This document shows positions 15,150 through 29,570 of a stretch of DNA of 64,000 nt, in pieces; position 1 is the stretch's first letter, and every line of letters starts with the position of its first letter. The stretch is taken from positions 48,732,001 through 48,796,000 of the forward strand of contig OZ024749.1 of NCBI GenBank assembly GCA_964016885.1. The letters are read 5' to 3'. Under the pieces are notes generated by a model, which saw only the letters and a program-made list of their open reading frames with translations, was not told the DNA's origin and searched no databases. This DNA is from Eledone cirrhosa (taxonomy: Eukaryota). The position numbers were made by a program, and so were the translations under genes.

Positions 15150-16332
15150 AATATTTATTAAAAGAGTAGAAATTATCCATAGAAACGTATTAAAACCTCC
15201 ATTTCAATGTAAATGTTGGATTATCGTTTCTGCTTCTTACACCCGAGTTTTAGAACTTACAAGTGAACACTTTACTTTACAGAATCCAATCATCTCTTAT
15301 TTACTCAAACAGAAAGCGACAGTTTAATACGGATGAAATATAAATAAGTAAGTAAATAAATAAATACATAATCAAATAAAACGAATGTCTGAGTTGTTTT
15401 ACGGTTTTGGCTTTTAATGTTCTTTCTGTGCTGTTGCTTGTTTTTATTATATCATTTTATTTATGATATCATATCAAAACTCCTTTTATGTTACAATCCT
15501 CAAATCATAATCTGATGCGATTTCGATATTCGAGAGTTGGTTACACGATGTGTGTATATGTACTTAACTCATAATCAGATGAAATATAAACGCAAAGAAA
15601 AAAAAAAATAAAAGCATTGATCATTTATTGTAATATTTTCCTTTCGTTTAAACTAATATTAAGAATATATACCTTTCTGTGTATATATACATTTTTCTTA
15701 GGTTACACACGTCACATTCTATTTACTAATGGACAATGATGGAATAACTGTAAGAATAAAACACTCGGTAAATATGATATATAGATACAGAAAAAAGTAA
15801 TTGATAATTATGTTCAATCTTACATCCAACTTTTTAGAACATACCTATGTTCACAAACGTTAAAAGCATGACCATTATATGTATTATGTATGTGCATTTA
15901 TACATCCTGTCGCGTGTCCTTTTTGTTTAAGTACTGGCGAATTGTGATTATATTGATGGCAATGATGAAGATTTCCAATATTTAGTTGATGTGCGATTAT
16001 GATCTTATTAGTTCTGTGACAAGCAATTATGAGAAATCCAATACTAATTAAGTAATTGGATAATCTCTTATTACGATTTCCGATATACGCATGCCTACTA
16101 AATCACATTGAAAAAGTCCATTCAACAATCCACTCAAAATATCTACTTTACATTATCCGAAGGCTACCTTTCTATGTAAGTCTGTTTCTCCAGAATTGAA
16201 ATAAGTATTACAGACGTTTATTTTAGCCCACGTCATATCAAATTAACGGATAGAAGTCGGAATAGAAACTGAAGCAAATCTGGTACCAGTCATTGATACC
16301 TTAATTTCTTCCTCTTGACCCTCCAACTCCTC

Positions 16333-16333
<1 letters not shown>

Positions 16334-16367
<34 letters not shown>

Positions 16368-16486
16368 GGTGGTGGTGGTGGTTTTGTTGTTGCTGTTGCT
16401 GTTGTTGTTGTTGTTGTTCTTCTTCTTCTTCTTCTTCTTCTTCTTCTTCTTCTTCTTCTTCTTCTTCTTCTTCTTCTTCTTCTTCT
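16334..16486. repeat. Compound trinucleotide repeat (TTG)n(GTG)n(TTG/CTG)n(TTC)n
   Basis: Directly visible. Confidence 0.97.
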
Positions 16487-16904
16487 GATATGTTCTACTC
16501 TCCATAAGAACGTGCAATCAATAAGTTAGTTAATGAATGTTAAGTGCGTTTATTAAATTAACACATGATTAAAAATTAAAAAAATTCTAAGTTAGCCATT
16601 ACCTCTTAATTAAGAATATCTTTTAAGGTTTACATTAAACCAATCAGAAAATCAATAGCGGTAAAACTATGGCTAGTTTAAATGTTTTCAAGCAGTGTTG
16701 CTGATGATTTTGTCTTCAAATGTAAATTTGCAAGGCTGTTTTCAATTTTTCCAATTTTATTTCCGTTTGATGAATTTCTTTTTCTAAGAAATGTTGCTCT
16801 TCGCTATAAATTAAGTCCTTACGTGATGAAATAATCAAATTAAATACCTTGCACTTTAATTCCAAATGAACGTGGTGAGGCGAAATTTTAGGAAAGTTAT
16901 GATA

Positions 16905-17122
16905 CCACGTGCCCCAGTTCACTCAGCTGTAGAAATGAGTTGCGAAGTCACTGGTTCCAAGCTGTATCGGCCATCATCTTACCCATGGAAAACATCACTA
17001 CCACCGTAGCATGAAGAGAGGAGACTGGGATGCATGGGCAAAAAACAATTGCCCTGGTTTGTATCTCGGGTCAGAACTTTCTAGGTGCAACACCATTCTC
17101 ATTCGTGAAGAACAGGAGCCTC
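16905..17122 (+). mobile_element. SINE fragment of a second family (CORE-like, 5' truncated)
   Basis: CACGTG.CCCAGTTCACTCAGCTGTAGAAATGAGT resembles a CORE-type SINE domain, followed by a GC-richer tail. Family assignment is from memory. Confidence 0.5.
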
Positions 17123-18200
17123 AAATAAAAACTTAAATATTATTCTTTTGTTTTTGAAATACTTCTGGTAAAACGCTGAGCTCATTTTGTAAAAATACAT
17201 TAATGTATATATTTCAATGGGATTAAGGATTAAATATCAGCTAAGTGCTCTGATTCTTGAATCTTAGTATATGTTATCAACACCGTATCAGAATATATTG
17301 ATATGATTTACAATATTTTAATTAATCTTCCATAAAATGTATTACTTTTCTGTTGCGGAAAATAATCCATAAGTTTTAATTATTATTACTTCAGCAACCT
17401 AGACACAAATTTAAGAGTTACTTTAATATGACGATACAATAGCAAATGATTTGAACTAATTTAACTGATTGCGGAGAGATAAATGACTGACGTTGTGAAG
17501 AGAGGATTAGAATTTCGAATAGCAGCTTCATTTCGAAGCCATTACTCTATTGTTTCTACCATTCTCTTTCATCACAATTGTAATTATTTACGATTAAAAT
17601 AATGAAATTGTTTTCTTTACAGCTTCTTTTTTCATTGTATTTTATTTCATCATGAGACTGTTCTTACAAAAATAATATCATAATCCTCACAAACCTCATC
17701 AAAATACTCATTGACGTCAAACAATACCAAGTAAAAATAAAAATAAAATAAAGAAAAAAAAACAGTTTGAACTACAGTCTCTTCAATAAATCCAATCGGG
17801 CAGATCTTAATATTTTCTTCCACTATTTGTTACTCGTATGTATATAGGTTATCTATTTTCTCTATTTTACTTCGTATTTACACTGAAGAATATAATTGTA
17901 GCTACAACTACTAAGTTTATAGTAAATCATACAATAAACATAAAATAAGATGTTTTCTAAAGATGAACTAGATACTGCATCGACTATATGTTGACCATCG
18001 ATTTTCACTGGACTTAGACTTCTAGCTTTCTTAAAACACATTAACTTCCAAAGACGAAGATTTTATTTTTTATGAGACAGTCTTAAATGTGTTTTTGTAT
18101 TATTTTGTGTGTGTTTTCATTATACAGGACGTGGTACAATATTTACTCGCTGTTTTCGCAGTATATATATATATATATATATATGTTTTATTATTATTAC

Positions 18201-18342
<142 letters not shown>

Positions 18343-18876
18343 TATGTATTTGTGTGCATTTCTGTATGCGTTTATTAGTTTTCGCGCGCAGACAATAATG
18401 CTTTCTATTATATGAATGTATATGATACCCATTAGGCTGATAGCAATACAGTATATCCACAATTTCCTTTTGATCAGATCAGTCAAAGTGTTCCAGAATG
18501 TATAATTTTAGATGTCTTTTATTCTGTATTCCATTTCGTTGCCAAGATTTTTCTTTTTAAAAGACAGAACTAATATGAAAGTAGATAACGTAAAAAGAAA
18601 AGTAGTTTCATTTGTGTATATTTATGTATCAATTTAGAGCTTGCTTCTGTTTTATGATCATATTTTTGTGGTCTTTAAGAGACTGCTATTGTAGATGGAA
18701 AACAATAATACTTGATATAACTAAGTATATTTGTAAAAACATAGATGGTTATAAACACATATGTGTGTATGTGAGTGTAATTGTGTATGCATATGTATAT
18801 GTATATGCATATAACAATGTTAATATGATGATCAACAACAACAACAACAACAATGATAATAATGATGATTATGATC

Positions 18877-18921
<45 letters not shown>

Positions 18922-18923
<2 letters not shown>

Positions 18924-19130
18924 CGGCGCACTAGGTACTATCTCAAAAAGTTTCCAGGGTTGGTTAAATAAAATTGACCCCGCCACGCTTTTTGGAACGC
19001 TTCAAAAGCATACTTGCTGGGAACAGCAATAACCCTCGCTACGTCCTGAATATCTGATGCTGCAGGTAATGGCTTGATATTCATTTTAACAAACTTCCCA
19101 GTTAACTAACATCAATGACTGAGACTCAAA
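18922..19130 (+). mobile_element. 5'-truncated 3' end of the R4/Dong-type LINE, in (TAA)n
   Basis: Matches the reverse complement of about 1944-2150 (GALGTISK..FGTLQK..YVLNI plus 3' UTR ending GAGACTCAAA). (TAA)n on both sides. Confidence 0.9.
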
Positions 19131-19152
19131 TAACAATAATAATAATAATAAA

Positions 19153-19348
19153 ATGATTTGGAACTGCCATGAAGTCAGAGTCGTCCCGATTGTCATAGGT
19201 GCACTAGGTACTATCTCAAAGAGTTTCCAAGGATGGTTAAAGAAAATTAGTCCAGCCCCGCTTTTTGGAACACTGCAAAAGCATGCTTGCTGGGAACAGC
19301 AAGAACCCTTCGATACGTCCTGAATATGTGAGGTTGCAGGTAGCGGCT

Positions 19349-19352
<4 letters not shown>
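19153..19352 (+). mobile_element. Second 3' fragment of the same LINE; 3' UTR cut off by (TA)n
   Basis: IWNCHEVRVVPIVIGALGTISKSFQGWLKKISPAPLFGTLQKHA; ends at GGCTTGATAT then (TA)n. Confidence 0.9.
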
Positions 19353-19408
<56 letters not shown>

Positions 19409-19594
19409 TTCCCTGCTTATATCCGAACATGTTTAAGACTTTACTTTCCTTTTCAAGAATGTTGCATCAATTATTACTCGGGTCGAATTGCTACGGCAGC
19501 GTACGAATCACCTGAGGAAATATTACTTTTAGAAACACGAAATATTATGCATTAATTAATGAAATAAATATAATACTTTAATTAACCTTTTGGG

Positions 19595-20030
19595 TTGATG
19601 AAAGTAAATTACATTAACTTTCTGTTATGGCTTCAAGGCTTAACTGTTCATGTGTCATTTCATTTTTTTTATACAACGGCATTAAATTTAATAATATGCA
19701 ATTATTTTGCCTCCAGCTGCTGGTTTTGGCATGACTGTTCTATTCAAACATGGCAGAGTTCATTTGAGACTAAACGTCAACAACACTTATTTATTAAACA
19801 TATTTTTTTGTTAATTTGCTTATGAAATTCATGATATTTTAAAGGTAATATTACATGTAACATACCTCGAGAATTGCGCAGATATTCGGCCATTCATTTT
19901 GCTAGAAATAATAGGCAAATATTCGTCGACAAAAGGAATCCCATCGTAAACGTAGAAAGATACACTGTATACTATTGCAGTAGCTATTCTTAAAATGCCG
20001 TGAGGGGTATTTTTAAAGTGGCCCTTATAT
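19595..20030 (+). pseudogene. Possible decayed GPCR relic
   Basis: One frame: GLTVHVSFHFFY..ICNYF ... LRRYSAIHFARNNRQIFVDKR (DRY/ICL2-like). Shifted frame: TLYTIAVAILKMP (TM4-like). Confidence 0.2.
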
Positions 20031-21299
20031 GCTTGCTGAATCAATGTTGACATGGCTTTATGTGAATGTCTGAGTATGTATGCCAAGATGTATAGAAAGA
20101 CGGACTCACATATATTATCATATCCTATACAGAATCATGTAGGTAATATTCTGACTTTAGTGTAGATTTAATTTTAACTTTCTGTTTGTGATTGGTGTTT
20201 GTGTATATGTATGTGTCTTTTGCATTTCCTATTGCGTCAAACACCTATGTAGGTTTTTTTAGAATTGTTGGGAGCTCAGCTACATGCCCGGAAGATGTAC
20301 GTTGATTAGCTGAAATTCGACAAGGGCTCAATTTCATCTTTTACTCAGAATATGCAAGTTATACTATTATCAAGCATTGGATAAATATTGTGCATTCTTA
20401 TTCATTTAACTTGTAACTGGTTGAATATATAACAAGGAAATGTAAATGTTAAATTAAGATATTGCATCATTATGACATACTAGCAATCCTTTTCTTAAAA
20501 CATTGCACCTTGATTTGCCTCATCACTCGATTACCTTTATGTTATCCTGTTATTGCTGTTGTCAATAACGATGATTTCACTTGTTATTGGGTTTTGCTTT
20601 ATGTATTATTGTTTCTAATATTCGTAGGTTTGTGTATGCTATTGTTGGTATGCTGTGTATGTTATACATATTATTGTATGATGTGTTCGTTGCAGTTCTT
20701 AAAGTTATTGACGATTTAATTTATTTTCCTTTGTATATGGTCGCTTCATGTCAAACTAGATGTTGGTTTCTTTTGCCTGGCAACCACGATAACAACAACA
20801 GCAACAGCAGTAGCAAAGCTAGCATAATGAACAACAGTACCATCACCAGTATCACAACTATACAAAACAAATCAGCCTCAGGATAAGCAGCAGTAGCTAA
20901 ACATTATGTGGTGATGAATCACTCTCATGCTTGTTGGCAATTTGCCTCCAAGAAAATACGGTTGTTGAAGTGAAACTGGGGAAAGATATATTCCGCTTCT
21001 GTCGTGGAATATAGACATTTCCTTGGAGCAAGCCAAACATTTATTGAACTCTTCAAAACAGAAAATGTCAAACCTGACAGAGTGAATCATTGAAAGAGAA
21101 GATTATGATGATAGATATGACACTGAATAAATAACCCAAATGTTTCTCTTAGCAACTTCTCTTTATCTGTTTCTCTGTGCCTGTCTCTGTCTGTCAATTT
21201 TCTTTTCTTTCTATTCATATGTAAATTTTATATGTATGTGTGTGTTTGTGTGATATGTGTGTGTGTAAACAATTAAGCGCAAATAAAAGGCAGAAAAGT

Positions 21300-21420
21300 G
21301 ATTACTCAATACAAAAGAAGTGGTTACATATATTTTATTGGAAGTTGAAACTTCTAAAACTGTTACTCTGAGTTCCTCATTTCCGATCTTCGGACAATCA
21401 GAGAAATATTCATGAAAGTG
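21300..21420 (-). mobile_element. Penelope-like terminal-repeat relic with a degenerate minimal hammerhead (21358-21399)
   Basis: Minus strand: AUUGU-CCGAAGA-UC..GA-GGAA-CUC-A-GAG-UA-ACAGU. Stem I is 5 bp with two core substitutions; AATAAA lies downstream. Confidence 0.55.
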
Positions 21421-22318
21421 AAAATGAAAAGAAAGAAATAATATAAGAAGAAACAGAAGAGGAGCAGATTATGAAAGAATAAGCAAAAGTGCAGGTATGA
21501 GTGTGGACGTAACGATACACTAAAAAGGATAATAACAGATAGGCAGGATTATGTAAATGCAAAGAAGTATGTGAGTGAACATAATGTATATTATCGAATT
21601 AGAGGAAAGAGGAAAGGGAAAGTAAATAAGAATTAAACAACTGAGCAAATTAGCCAAATCATACAAGGGATATACCTGGGAAATAATAAATATGAAAATG
21701 AAATGAACCTATTCAATATCGTATGTAAATGTTGGGGCATTGTAGAATATGAAATGGAAGTGATTATCTCTGAGGAGTGGGTAATTGCAGTGCAAATATT
21801 TAGAAGCTTGACTGCATTGATTTTAAAATGTGTTTCATTTAAAGCATGTAGATCCAAGATTATATGAATTTTTTTCGCTTAAACATGTTTTACAACGAAA
21901 TCATCTCATTTTCTTCTGAGCAGCCTACTATCTTATATAGTGCACGATATTATCTTGAATATAGCGTTGCTGCATTTAGTTTCAAATGCGAAATAATATC
22001 GACAACACTCGACGAAATCTGTGAATGTTTCCAGCAATCTGTAGTTATGGTAATGTAAACATGGTTATATGTAAACACAACCCACCCTTCTAAAGTGAAG
22101 TAATGTTCAGTTCTGAATAGACATCTCCACACAGAAGAGAATTTCCAATGCAATTCTAAATTGAGTGAAGAGGCATTTTTTTCTTGCATTTAAATGGAAA
22201 AAGTATTGATCATACTACATGATAAACATAGTTTTTGTTAATCAGGGCTTTGATATGTGTACTGATATGATCGTCAGACAAGAAACTCCAGAGGAAAAGG
22301 TTTCATCAGGTAGCCTCC

Positions 22319-22360
<42 letters not shown>

Positions 22361-22428
22361 TAGTAGCAAAAGTTAGTTCACCATACCAAGAACAAGTGTT
22401 TCACCTCATGCGGCTCTTCAATATATAT

Positions 22429-22498
<70 letters not shown>

Positions 22499-23889
22499 GT
22501 GTGTGTGGGTATGTGCGTTTATATAATGTGAGAGAAAGAAGGAAATGGAAATATCCATACATCCATTCGATAGTAGTTACATATAAATGCATGACAACAT
22601 ATCTAATATATATTTATGTATAGTTCAATCACCTTCCAAATAAAACTACTATCATGTAAATATTTTCTGCTAATGGCGAAAATGAATGTTTTGAATGTCA
22701 CGACGTGTCTAACATTTTGCTTAGCGTCAATAATTAAATTTCTCCTATATCCTAGCCCCAATATTTTCACAATCTTGACGTTAATGTTCATACTCTACAC
22801 CACAGGCTGTACTCATGCTACGATATTCTGAAAGAAGTTTATCATAATGATGATATTATGTTTACATTTAACACAATGTGATTGAAGGTTACCTACAGGT
22901 CAACCATGATCTAGCAGACCAGCTATATGAAATAATTCTAAACGATAATATATCCATTTATATCTCTCTGCCTTCATTCATCCAGTATGTATATTTATTT
23001 TGTAGATAATAGCTGACGAAATGGCTGCTATTTCAATCAAACTATCTCCTTAATCGAATGTCATCACTTTCATCTTTCTATGATAATTGTGATACCCCTG
23101 CCACTGATAGAAAATAACCAAGTGCTGTTCACATTAAGTTATCGGGGATCCCATTAAAATTGCTTCGGATTTAGCAATCAATATGAGGTCAATCCATATT
23201 CCTATGGGGCTGTTGACTTTACAGACAATTCAGAGAGCTTTTAGAAGCCTTTTAATTATAAGATACTCATCTTTGTAATAGATTCAGAAATACGTCAGTA
23301 ATTGTTTTTTTAAGGGTGAGTTTAGGAGATACTGGGCGACATTGCAGTAATTTTCAAAAGCTGGAATGGGTAAATTAGCGATTCACTCGTTACGTCGTTT
23401 GCGCAAAATATTCCATTGAGACCTCTGGTTAAAATATTTAGTCGTCAAATAGAAAATGTGTAGAAATATTTTTTTTTTCAACAAATTTCTACAAATTTCA
23501 TACTTGATAACATATAGGCAAAACAAAATTGAAAATACATCATGGGAGATATAGTTTCGATTCGTCGTAACGGCTGATTGCAACTTCATTTTCTGTAATT
23601 TAAGTGTCATCACCCTATTTTATGAGCTACTTTATAGCATCTACGTGCATGTGCAAATCGATCTTTATATTAACTTTATATTAATGATCATCTCAACCGA
23701 TTGTAAGAGTCAGAAAGATCGACTACGTATACATAATGTTTCTTCATATGTATATATATATGTATGCATGTGTATGTACGTATATGGATGCGTGCATGTT
23801 TATATTTTTGTTGATTTCAATTACCTCTGTAATTTATTTACATTATTCTTAACTCTGAAGCCGAGAATCATTCGGTTTCCTAAATAGAA

Positions 23890-24165
23890 TGTTAGTCTAC
23901 GACTTCATTTATGCCATAAACGTGGTTTTGGCTTTGCGTGTAACTGTTTTCTCCGATCCAAATAATGACGTATTATCTTCGTCTTTTTCCGTTCTTTGCC
24001 AGGGAACGTTTCCACGAAACAAAATATCGTCTTCCTGTCTTCTTTCGGTTGCAACGTTTTTCGAAATATTTACTTCTGCGTTCACATATTGATTTTCTTT
24101 TAGTTTCAGAAGAACCCGTTAAGGGTAAAAGCAGCGATTATTTGCTTAAACTTTAATATGTTATT
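23890..24165 (+). mobile_element. Penelope-like relic ending at (TA)/(GA)n; a second copy is inverted at 36541-36598
   Basis: AGAAGAACCCGTTAAGGGT..GCAGCGATT.TTTGCTTAAACTTTAAT.TGTTAT occurs at both sites; hammerhead-like nGAAGA-stem-GAA. The left boundary is uncertain. Confidence 0.4.
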
Positions 24166-24174
24166 TATATATAT

Positions 24175-24177
<3 letters not shown>

Positions 24178-24248
<71 letters not shown>
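24178..24248. repeat. (GA)n microsatellite
   Basis: Directly visible. Confidence 0.97.
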
Positions 24249-24250
<2 letters not shown>

Positions 24251-24801
24251 TGGTGATTTTTGAAAACTGATATCTCAACAAAAATTTAGAAAGTAATTTA
24301 TCCATTAATTATTATATTTGGCATGAATATGATATACAAAAAAGAAATATAGTTATTGATTAAAAAAGTTACCGTTTATTTATGGAATGATACAAAATAA
24401 GCAATTTAAAAGCATTGTTTTTTTTTTTTAAATAAAATATATAGTACGCTCATATTGTTGTTTCTTTAGAGAAAATTATAAATATTTCCTATAATAACAC
24501 AACATTGTTTTAATTCAGTACAATTAATATTGTTTTTATTTTCAATCCAAGATAAGGAAAATAATAATTCATATATGTTTTAATTGTTTGTGTTTTCGCG
24601 ATATTAGCGAAAGAAAAATAACAGATGAGCGAATGAAATGTGTATTTTGGTTAATTTATCTAGTTATGCTGGCGTCTTGTTAAATTAATTTACTTATTCT
24701 GGCGAAAGAGAGAAAAGAAAATAATTCGTATCAGCTACATTTTAAACATATCACTAAAATCAGTCGTGATACGATGGTGGTGGTTAATTAAGTGACGCAT
24801 G

Positions 24802-24863
<62 letters not shown>

Positions 24864-24949
24864 GGTGTGTGTGGGTGTGTGTGTGTGTGTATGCTTGTGT
24901 ATGAAGACATACGATGGTGTACAAATAGTATATATAATGTATATATATG

Positions 24950-24998
<49 letters not shown>

Positions 24999-25402
24999 AT
25001 GCGTGTTTGTGTGAGTGGGTGTGTGTTTTTCTATGAACACAATTAACGCTATAAATTATACAGGAATATATATATATATATGTGTGTGTGTGCGTGTGTG
25101 TGTGTGTGTGTGCGTGTGTGTGTATGTGTGTGTGTGTATATATGTATTACGGAAATCGGACTAGGGGGTGCGGCGTGAGTATATATAATATCGAAATATT
25201 GGCAACAGGATCAGTACTCCCTGATCATCGGCTCCCTAAATGGACGGACATTGATTGTTTCTGCTCACACCGACGTAACTGCTTGTTCATCCGACGTGAG
25301 AGCGACTAAAACATATCCAAACGCTCTCCTTAGTATACTACGATGAAATTACAAGAAAACCTACATGGTTAGCATTACGTGTACGTACGTGTTTGCCTAG
25401 TG

Positions 25403-25708
25403 TAGGCATGGGCCACCTTTTCCGACAAGCAGACCGCATGGGATATGATTCATTATCAGGCGGCCTGCAAGCGCGAATGTACATTCGTGCCAACATTAAA
25501 AAGGTGATGTAACTCCGGCTGTTTTAATTTGTTTCTTCAGGATTCAAACAAATTCTTTTCCTCGATCGTAAAAATGATGTAAAAATAAATAATGACTTAA
25601 AATTTGGGGTAAAAAATCAGAAAGATTTCACTTAGGTGACTTAGGCGAGACATTCAGAAAGCTTCGTTAGCCGGACGTGGCCCCTGGGCCGCAGGTTGCC
25701 CATGACAG
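25403..25708. mobile_element. Non-autonomous hAT (Charlie-like) DNA transposon / MITE
   Basis: Imperfect TIRs TAGGCATGGGCCACCT and AGGTTGCCCATGACAG; subterminal GGCCCCTGGGCCGCA; flanking 8-mers GCCTAGTG and TACTAGAG share the CTAG core. Confidence 0.7.
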
Positions 25709-25879
25709 TACTAGAGCCTACCTCGATCTCAGGCGCCAGAAAAAGAGAGGTAAGTTTGAAAGATAAATTTATAATGATATAAGCCCATATCCTACCCATT
25801 ACTCACGAACTTACTCATTATAAATTACCAAAATAAAATGATTCCAAATATATGCTTCCGAAATAGGGTTTATCCGAAG

Positions 25880-26222
25880 AATCTTTGCTACATTGTGTCG
25901 ATAGGCTTTGTAGGTGTAGTTAGAGCAGCAATACTTTCAATCTTTATATCACAGCTCCGCGACTTCAGAAATATAGTTGGAATGCATATGAAAATGATTG
26001 CAGGCGTGATTTTAATGGAAATGCCAATGGGCAGGAATCCAAGATGAAGACCTTGAACAAGCTGCTTTGGTGTCTACAATACGTCTGATCTCTTTGGGGG
26101 ATTCATAGGCATAACGTAGAGACGTTTGTAGTAGAGTGAAGGTTCTGGGAGGCGTGCTTATACCTCGGTATTCACGACTTTCTCGTGAATATGAGAGCCT
26201 AGTAGAAGACGAAGAAGAAGAT
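25880..26222 (+). mobile_element. RTE-clade LINE 3' relic
   Basis: SQLRDFRNIVGM..IAGVILMEMPMGRNPR*RP*TS..SDLFGGFIGI resembles the RTE C-terminus (SQLRWFGHVVRM..GxRPRGRPRTRW). Hairpin TTCACGA..TCGTGAA and a (GAA)n tail follow. Confidence 0.6.
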
Positions 26223-26257
26223 ATACATATACATGTATGTATATACACACACACATT

Positions 26258-26307
<50 letters not shown>

Positions 26308-26391
26308 AAGTTATATTTAAAATTGTTGGGTTACACCTAGTAAATATTTATAACTGATATAAAAGCACTCGACAAATATTTGGAGTATATT

Positions 26392-26550
26392 TACAATATT
26401 AAATAAATGGAAAACTATATTTATAAAACCATATTTATTTCATTATATATATTTCGGGGATATCATATTGTTAATATGATATCCCCGAAATATATATAAT
26501 GAAATAAATATGGTTTTATAAATATAGTTTTCCATTTATTTAATATTGTA
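26392..26550. repeat. Perfect inverted repeat with 78 bp arms and a 3 nt spacer
   Basis: 26392-26469 is the reverse complement of 26473-26550; spacer GTT; followed by (TA)n. Confidence 0.95.
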
Positions 26551-26803
26551 TATATATATATATATATATTCACTATCTATTTAAAGAAGTTACGATCTCT
26601 GGATTCTATTTAATATTAAGGTTAAACTCCAATATCTGAAACGACGAATACTAGTTTAATAAATTCTGTATATCTTGAAATTGTAATAAAATTATTATTT
26701 ATATATTATGAAACGTGATATTTAAATATCGAGCTGTCTACACGCACACGCCCCCCCCCCCATATATATATATATATATGTATATATAAATATATATATA
26801 TAA

Positions 26804-26867
<64 letters not shown>

Positions 26868-27151
26868 ATATAAATACATATATATATATATGACCAACCA
26901 AACAGTGAGTGTGTTCTGTTATTATTTCTGGCAATATTATTACAACAATATGACCCTCCCCAAGTATAACAATATATATATACATATATGTATATATATG
27001 CTTCGTGATGATTTCTCACGAATGAAACAATTATAGTCCTGTAGAAGCTCTTTTATATTAAAACATATATACTCTACTATGTATTGAGTAGCTTACTTAC
27101 TGTGGTTACCTCCGATTCAACTCGGAATAACACACACACACACACACACAT

Positions 27152-27183
<32 letters not shown>

Positions 27184-27188
27184 TTTAA

Positions 27189-27272
<84 letters not shown>

Positions 27273-28069
27273 GGGGGATGAGAGAGAGAAAGGTGAAGCT
27301 TTTCCAAAGCATAATCTAATTGTTACTCTATAATGATATACTGTTCATGTTGCATCTTAGCAGAAGAAATATTTTCTCTTTTTCTGGAAATACGATGTGC
27401 AAATTTAATGTTGTCTTTATGGTAGTTGATGCCAATCTAATTTTCAAGTCGAACGATTTCCATCTGAACGTATTTCAAAATCGATTAGTATTATCTGATT
27501 TATATTGATAAATCCAATCATTCATTTTAGTAAAATAATTTATAGTAGAATAAAGAAAATATTCTTTATTTTTTTCTTGTCCACATTAACATTACTGTTA
27601 TGACAAGTCGAAAAGTTATAGAAGTACACTTAAAATGAAATTATATAAAGAGGAAACTATTTCTAAAAGTGTCGAATATTATATATGAAATAAAATTCTA
27701 TTTCATATTAATTGTACGTGTTATATGAGCTATATTTAATCATTCTGTATGTTGCAAGAATTATAATACATTCCCATGACTGCCTGAACAAAGTATGAGT
27801 AAATCCGGTGGATTATATGTTTTGCATAAGTAATCTCAACCAATGCAATATTGCCTAAGAATAATAATCGTAATTTTAGTTGTTTCCAGTTAAGTAAAGC
27901 GCTCCTGAAATCAATCAATTCTACCTCATGAGGAAAATGTAAGTCTCATGAAAGAGGGTAATGTTATCCGAAAGAATTTGTTATGATAAAAACTGTATTT
28001 GAATATTGAGAAAAATTAGCAAATATCAGAATTAGTTGAATCCTGTTTAATATTTTATATTTTAAGATC

Positions 28070-28284
28070 AGTGGTTTTCCTGTATCGGACGAGCGCCTCA
28101 TATCATTATTTGCAGCATATAGTTACAGCCGTTTAAGTTCTGAGTTCAAATCTCACCAAGGTTAGTTTTGATTTTCATCATTCTGTGATTGAAGACCTAA
28201 CACATTAGTAATCCACTGTGGTCGATTTAACCGACTTTACCCTTACCCTCAAATCACTTGCTTTATGTCAAATGTAGAAACATT
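28070..28284 (+). mobile_element. Older SINE copy, related subfamily
   Basis: TTCTGAGTTCAAATCTCACCAAGGTT..TTTTCATC..GGTCGATTTAACCGACT..GTAGAAAC. Confidence 0.7.
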
Positions 28285-29049
28285 TATCTATATATTTGGA
28301 TTGTCATAGTAGAGATTAATTGTTGCAAGGCGAGTAATATCACCTGCAGTGAATTTGTACAATGTTTCAATTACTGCGTGTTGTATTTTAGTCATCACAC
28401 TCGTATTTATTAAAATAATCTTAATCATATGATGTCGTTAACAAGATCACATAAACCTCGTTCAGTTAGAATCGAATATATTTTCTAGACTTTTACATCA
28501 TAATTCGTCAAAGAAGAGAGGTTTGTGTTCTCTCATTCTTTAACATATTTGGATGATTATGAATTTTGGCGAAGTGTTTCACTTAGGAGGAAAATCTTAT
28601 AGAAAAAAATATTTAATTTGTTCAAATATTATATTGTTTAATTGTTCATATTCCATAATTCTGTAGCTTCTATTATGTACGTTTTATTTTCTTAGTGATA
28701 ATATCTAACACATGATTGCAAATTGATTACATATTTTCTGACTGTAAGAAGCAAATATTTAAAGAAATGCATATATAAATATATTAAATGGATATATCTC
28801 CATTGCATTGACTATCACAATTATTACGTCGATTGACGATAAAAAAAAAACAGTTCGAATATGCTAATAGTTTTTATATATTAAGAGATAATTTTATATA
28901 TTTTATTTGTACAAAAATAAGTTTTACAAATTTCCTGTATTTGTGCAAGATATGGTCATAACAATAATTTTAATCTTAATTATTTGATTTAATTTTTATT
29001 TAACCGTATTTTCTTGAAACTGACGAATCGTGTTATGGTTAACTTTGTA

Positions 29050-29570
29050 TGTTATTTCTTTCTCTTAATTTAGAGTATATTATTTTGATCGGCAACCTTC
29101 CTGGTGGCAAGGTTGTAAAAGAAAATAAATTGTCATCCCTTGAATCGCAAGAATGTTTTGCACATTTTGAAGGTGCCTGCTATCGCAGCCATTTGTAGAC
29201 TATGAATTAGGGAGCTGCGCTCTTTGTCCGCAAATCCAAATTCAGTCATACTTTGGTCCAAGGGGGTTGCTATATAACCCGTAGCTCCAATAATGATGGG
29301 GATAAAGCTAAAGGTGTATCTTGGATACTGGATTTGTAAACTCCTCATCAATGGTCCTTAGATGTCATTCTTCTCCTGTATTTTTCTGATAACGTTTATA
29401 TCAAGTGGGCAGCTCATCTCCAAAACAGAACACGTTTTCAATGTGTGGTCCCAAACAACAATATCAGGCCGGTTGTGCTTTAATTTGGTGGCAGTTTTTA
29501 TGTTCAGGTTCCACCAGTGCCATCTGTCTCAATATATTCTTCCTCGTTTGTTGTTAATTTTGTTTGTATG
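29050..29570 (-). mobile_element. 3' fragment of a second RLE-type (R2-group) non-LTR retrotransposon
   Basis: WWNLNIKTATKLKHNRPDIVVWDHTLKTCSVLEMSCPLDINVIRKIQEKNDI*GPLMRSLQIQYPRYTFSFIPIIIGATGY..LQMAAIAGTFKMCKTFLRF, a PD-(D/E)xK endonuclease domain. Confidence 0.85.

Noticed and set aside
16716-16922. Minus-strand ORF with coiled-coil-like LEKEIHQTEIKLEKLK
   Set aside because: Short, starts inside a SINE fragment, and has no recognisable family or partner exons.
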